From the NCBI GenBank assembly GCA_964405405.1, contig CAYONT010000002.1:77907-141906 (forward strand): a stretch of 64,000 bases of DNA, given 5' to 3'. The notes below the pieces were generated by a model that was given only the letters and a program-made list of their open reading frames with translations, made no database searches and was not told the origin of the DNA. The position numbers were made by a program, and so were the translations under genes. Numbering within the stretch: the first letter of the stretch is position 1; each line of letters starts with the position of its first letter. Shown here in pieces: positions 62,615 to 64,000 of the stretch. The DNA comes from an uncultured Comamonadaceae bacterium (GTDB lineage Bacteria; Bacteroidota; Bacteroidia; Flavobacteriales_D; Sanyastnellaceae).

Positions 62615-64000
62615 ATGCCCATGCAGGTTCCCCGTTGGCCATCCCTCCTCGATCGTCCCGATGCTCCAAAGGCTTGGGCTCGGTGGACGTTGGTGGCGGT
62701 GGGTTGTGCCAGCATCTTCTTTGCCTTTCGACTCCAACAGCTCCGCTTCGATTATGACTTCGAGCAGTTCTTCCCGGAAGGCGACGACGAGACCGCCTTT
62801 TATCGCCAATTCCGGGATGCCTTCGGATCGGACAATGATTTTCTGCTGCTGGGCATCGACGTGCCGGATGGCATTTACCGACCAGAAAGTCTTGCCGTCA
62901 TCGACCGCTGGGTGGCTGAATGGGAAGCCCTTCCTCATGTCACCGAAGTGGTCTCCCCGACCCGGATTCGCGAACCCATCGGAGCAGGTGGGTCTGTTTT
63001 CATGCGCCCCCTGCTTCGCTGGGAGGACGGATCCCGCGCCGATCTCTTGCGTGACAGTGCCCGGGTTTCACACCGCAGTGAATACGTCGGCACCCTGCTC
63101 TCCCAAGACGGGCGCGCACTTTGCATCATTTTGCAACACGACCAAGCGCTGTCGAAATCGGGTTGTGACTCGCTCGCAGCTGCAGCCCATGCCTGGGTAG
63201 AGGCCCAAGCGCAGCCCCATCGGTTTCACCTCGCGGGCAGGTCGGTGGCGCAAGCCTATTACATCCAGCTCATGCAACGTGAAGTGGTGACCTTTGTGGG
63301 CATCGCCATCTTCCTCATTGTGTTGTTTTTGTGGTTGTCCTTCCGCTCTTGGTGGGGGGTGGTTGTTCCGTTGGTGGTGGTTTTGTTGTCCGGGCTTTGG
63401 ACCCTGGGCATCATGCAATTGACGGGCAAGTCCATCGATGTCATGACCATTGTGCTCCCAACGACCATTTTCGTGGTGGGCATGAGCGATGTGGTGCACA
63501 TTCTCTCCCGGTATTTCGATGAGTTGCGATCTGGCAAGGAGACGTGGAACGCATTGCGCACGGCCTGCAAGGAGGTTGGTTTGGCTACTTTCCTCACTTC
63601 CCTGACCACCTCCATCGGTTTTCTCACTCTGCTTACTTCGAGCATCGGGCCGATCCAGGACTTTGGAATTTATGCCACCGTGGGTGTCCTGGTCTCCTAT
63701 GCGCTGGCATTTACGCTGTTGCCTTCGGTTATATTCCGCGCCCACCCCCCGCCGCCATCTGCCTACCAAACCGCTACGCATTGGGGCCCCGCCTTGGAGC
63801 GATTGTATCGATACATCGTTGGAAACCGAAAGGGCATCGCTTGGATTTCATCCTGTTTGGTGCTGGCTGCCATCGCTGGAATTACCCGGTTGGAGGTGAA
63901 CAACCGGTTGCTGGAAGACCTGAGCAAGGACGATCCTTTGCGCAAAGCATTTGGCTTTTTCGAAACCCACTTCGCAGGGGTGAGGCCTTTCGAACTCGCC
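62615..64000 (+). CDS. RND-superfamily exporter (MMPL/HpnN-like, COG1033 type); N-terminal 462 codons, 3' end beyond the window
   Basis: Own translation from ATG 62615 runs without a stop to the window edge: MPMQVPRWPSLLDRPDAPKAWARWTLVAVGCASIFFAFRLQQLRFDYDFEQFFPEGDDETAFYRQF ... VVPLVVVLLSGLWTLGIMQLTGKSIDVMTIVLPTTIFVVGMSDVVHILSRY ... This is the typical first TM bundle of MMPL-type transporters. It is not in the ORF track because no stop is present. Confidence 0.75.
   Translation, partial: MPMQVPRWPSLLDRPDAPKAWARWTLVAVGCASIFFAFRLQQLRFDYDFEQFFPEGDDETAFYRQFRDAFGSDNDFLLLGIDVPDGIYRPESLAVIDRWVAEWEALPHVTEVVSPTRIREPIGAGGSVFMRPLLRWEDGSRADLLRDSARVSHRSEYVGTLLSQDGRALCIILQHDQALSKSGCDSLAAAAHAWVEAQAQPHRFHLAGRSVAQAYYIQLMQREVVTFVGIAIFLIVLFLWLSFRSWWGVVVPLVVVLLSGLWTLGIMQLTGKSIDVMTIVLPTTIFVVGMSDVVHILSRYFDELRSGKETWNALRTACKEVGLATFLTSLTTSIGFLTLLTSSIGPIQDFGIYATVGVLVSYALAFTLLPSVIFRAHPPPPSAYQTATHWGPALERLYRYIVGNRKGIAWISSCLVLAAIAGITRLEVNNRLLEDLSKDDPLRKAFGFFETHFAGVRPFELA

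Noticed and set aside
1-64000. Search for mobile elements, CRISPR arrays, tRNA/rRNA genes, prophage genes, restriction-modification, toxin-antitoxin or other defence modules
   Set aside because: None found. No gap is larger than about 150 bp. There are no direct-repeat/spacer arrays, and no transposase, integrase, recombinase, nuclease-helicase or methyltransferase-nuclease signatures in any long ORF. Every long ORF that I accept has a housekeeping, envelope or transport assignment.

Overview
A compact, core-genome-like 64 kb window, most likely from a high-GC member of the Bacteroidota. Supporting evidence: a GldF/GldG gliding-type ABC permease, bamD-rpoZ-coaBC-DUF4835-recN synteny, a TonB-dependent receptor with a CarboxypepD_reg-type N-terminus, and TAnnTTTG -7 promoter boxes.

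I call 55 protein-coding genes. Two are cut by the window edges and are therefore missing from the ORF track: a PaaY-like gene at 1..190 (minus strand) and an RND/MMPL-type exporter at 62615..64000 (plus strand). No intergenic gap exceeds about 150 bp, and many neighbouring genes overlap as ATGA or TGATG.

I see no rRNA, tRNA, CRISPR array, transposase, integrase, phage gene, toxin-antitoxin pair or recognisable defence module.

Gene content:
- Phenylacetate catabolism, split in two: paaJ-paaY at the left edge, and paaE divergent from paaABCD at 37.8-41.5 kb.
- Housekeeping: phoH, purC, cca, glnS, recR, aspC-like, ubiE, aroA, mpl, pyrG, truA, coaBC, recN, dnaK.
- Envelope and glycan genes scattered in at least six places: several GT4 and GT2 transferases, an O-antigen-ligase-like gene, a flippase and an RfaE-type kinase.
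- Metal homeostasis: an mntR-ZIP operon with a visible operator.
- Membrane transport: TrkH, a sodium:solute symporter, an AI-2E family transporter, two ABC systems and an RND exporter.

I do not find a clear-cut new multi-gene system. The observations most worth following up are:
1. -7 promoter boxes sit 3-9 nt from start codons at about a dozen operon heads, which suggests leaderless mRNAs.
2. A 657-aa fusion of a GT2 domain to a WbaP-like membrane/Rossmann module, ending in what looks like a gutted phosphoglycosyl-transferase tail.
3. An operon combining a divergent DUF62 (SAM hydroxide adenosyltransferase family) protein, an ABM-fold protein, a fused GldF-GldG and a DUF4340 protein.
4. An alpha-oxoamine-synthase (SPT/sulfonolipid-synthase-like) gene co-oriented with truA and an MsbA-like exporter.
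5. Strong GC mosaicism inside otherwise core DNA.

All family assignments come from reading motifs in the translations. No database search was run.
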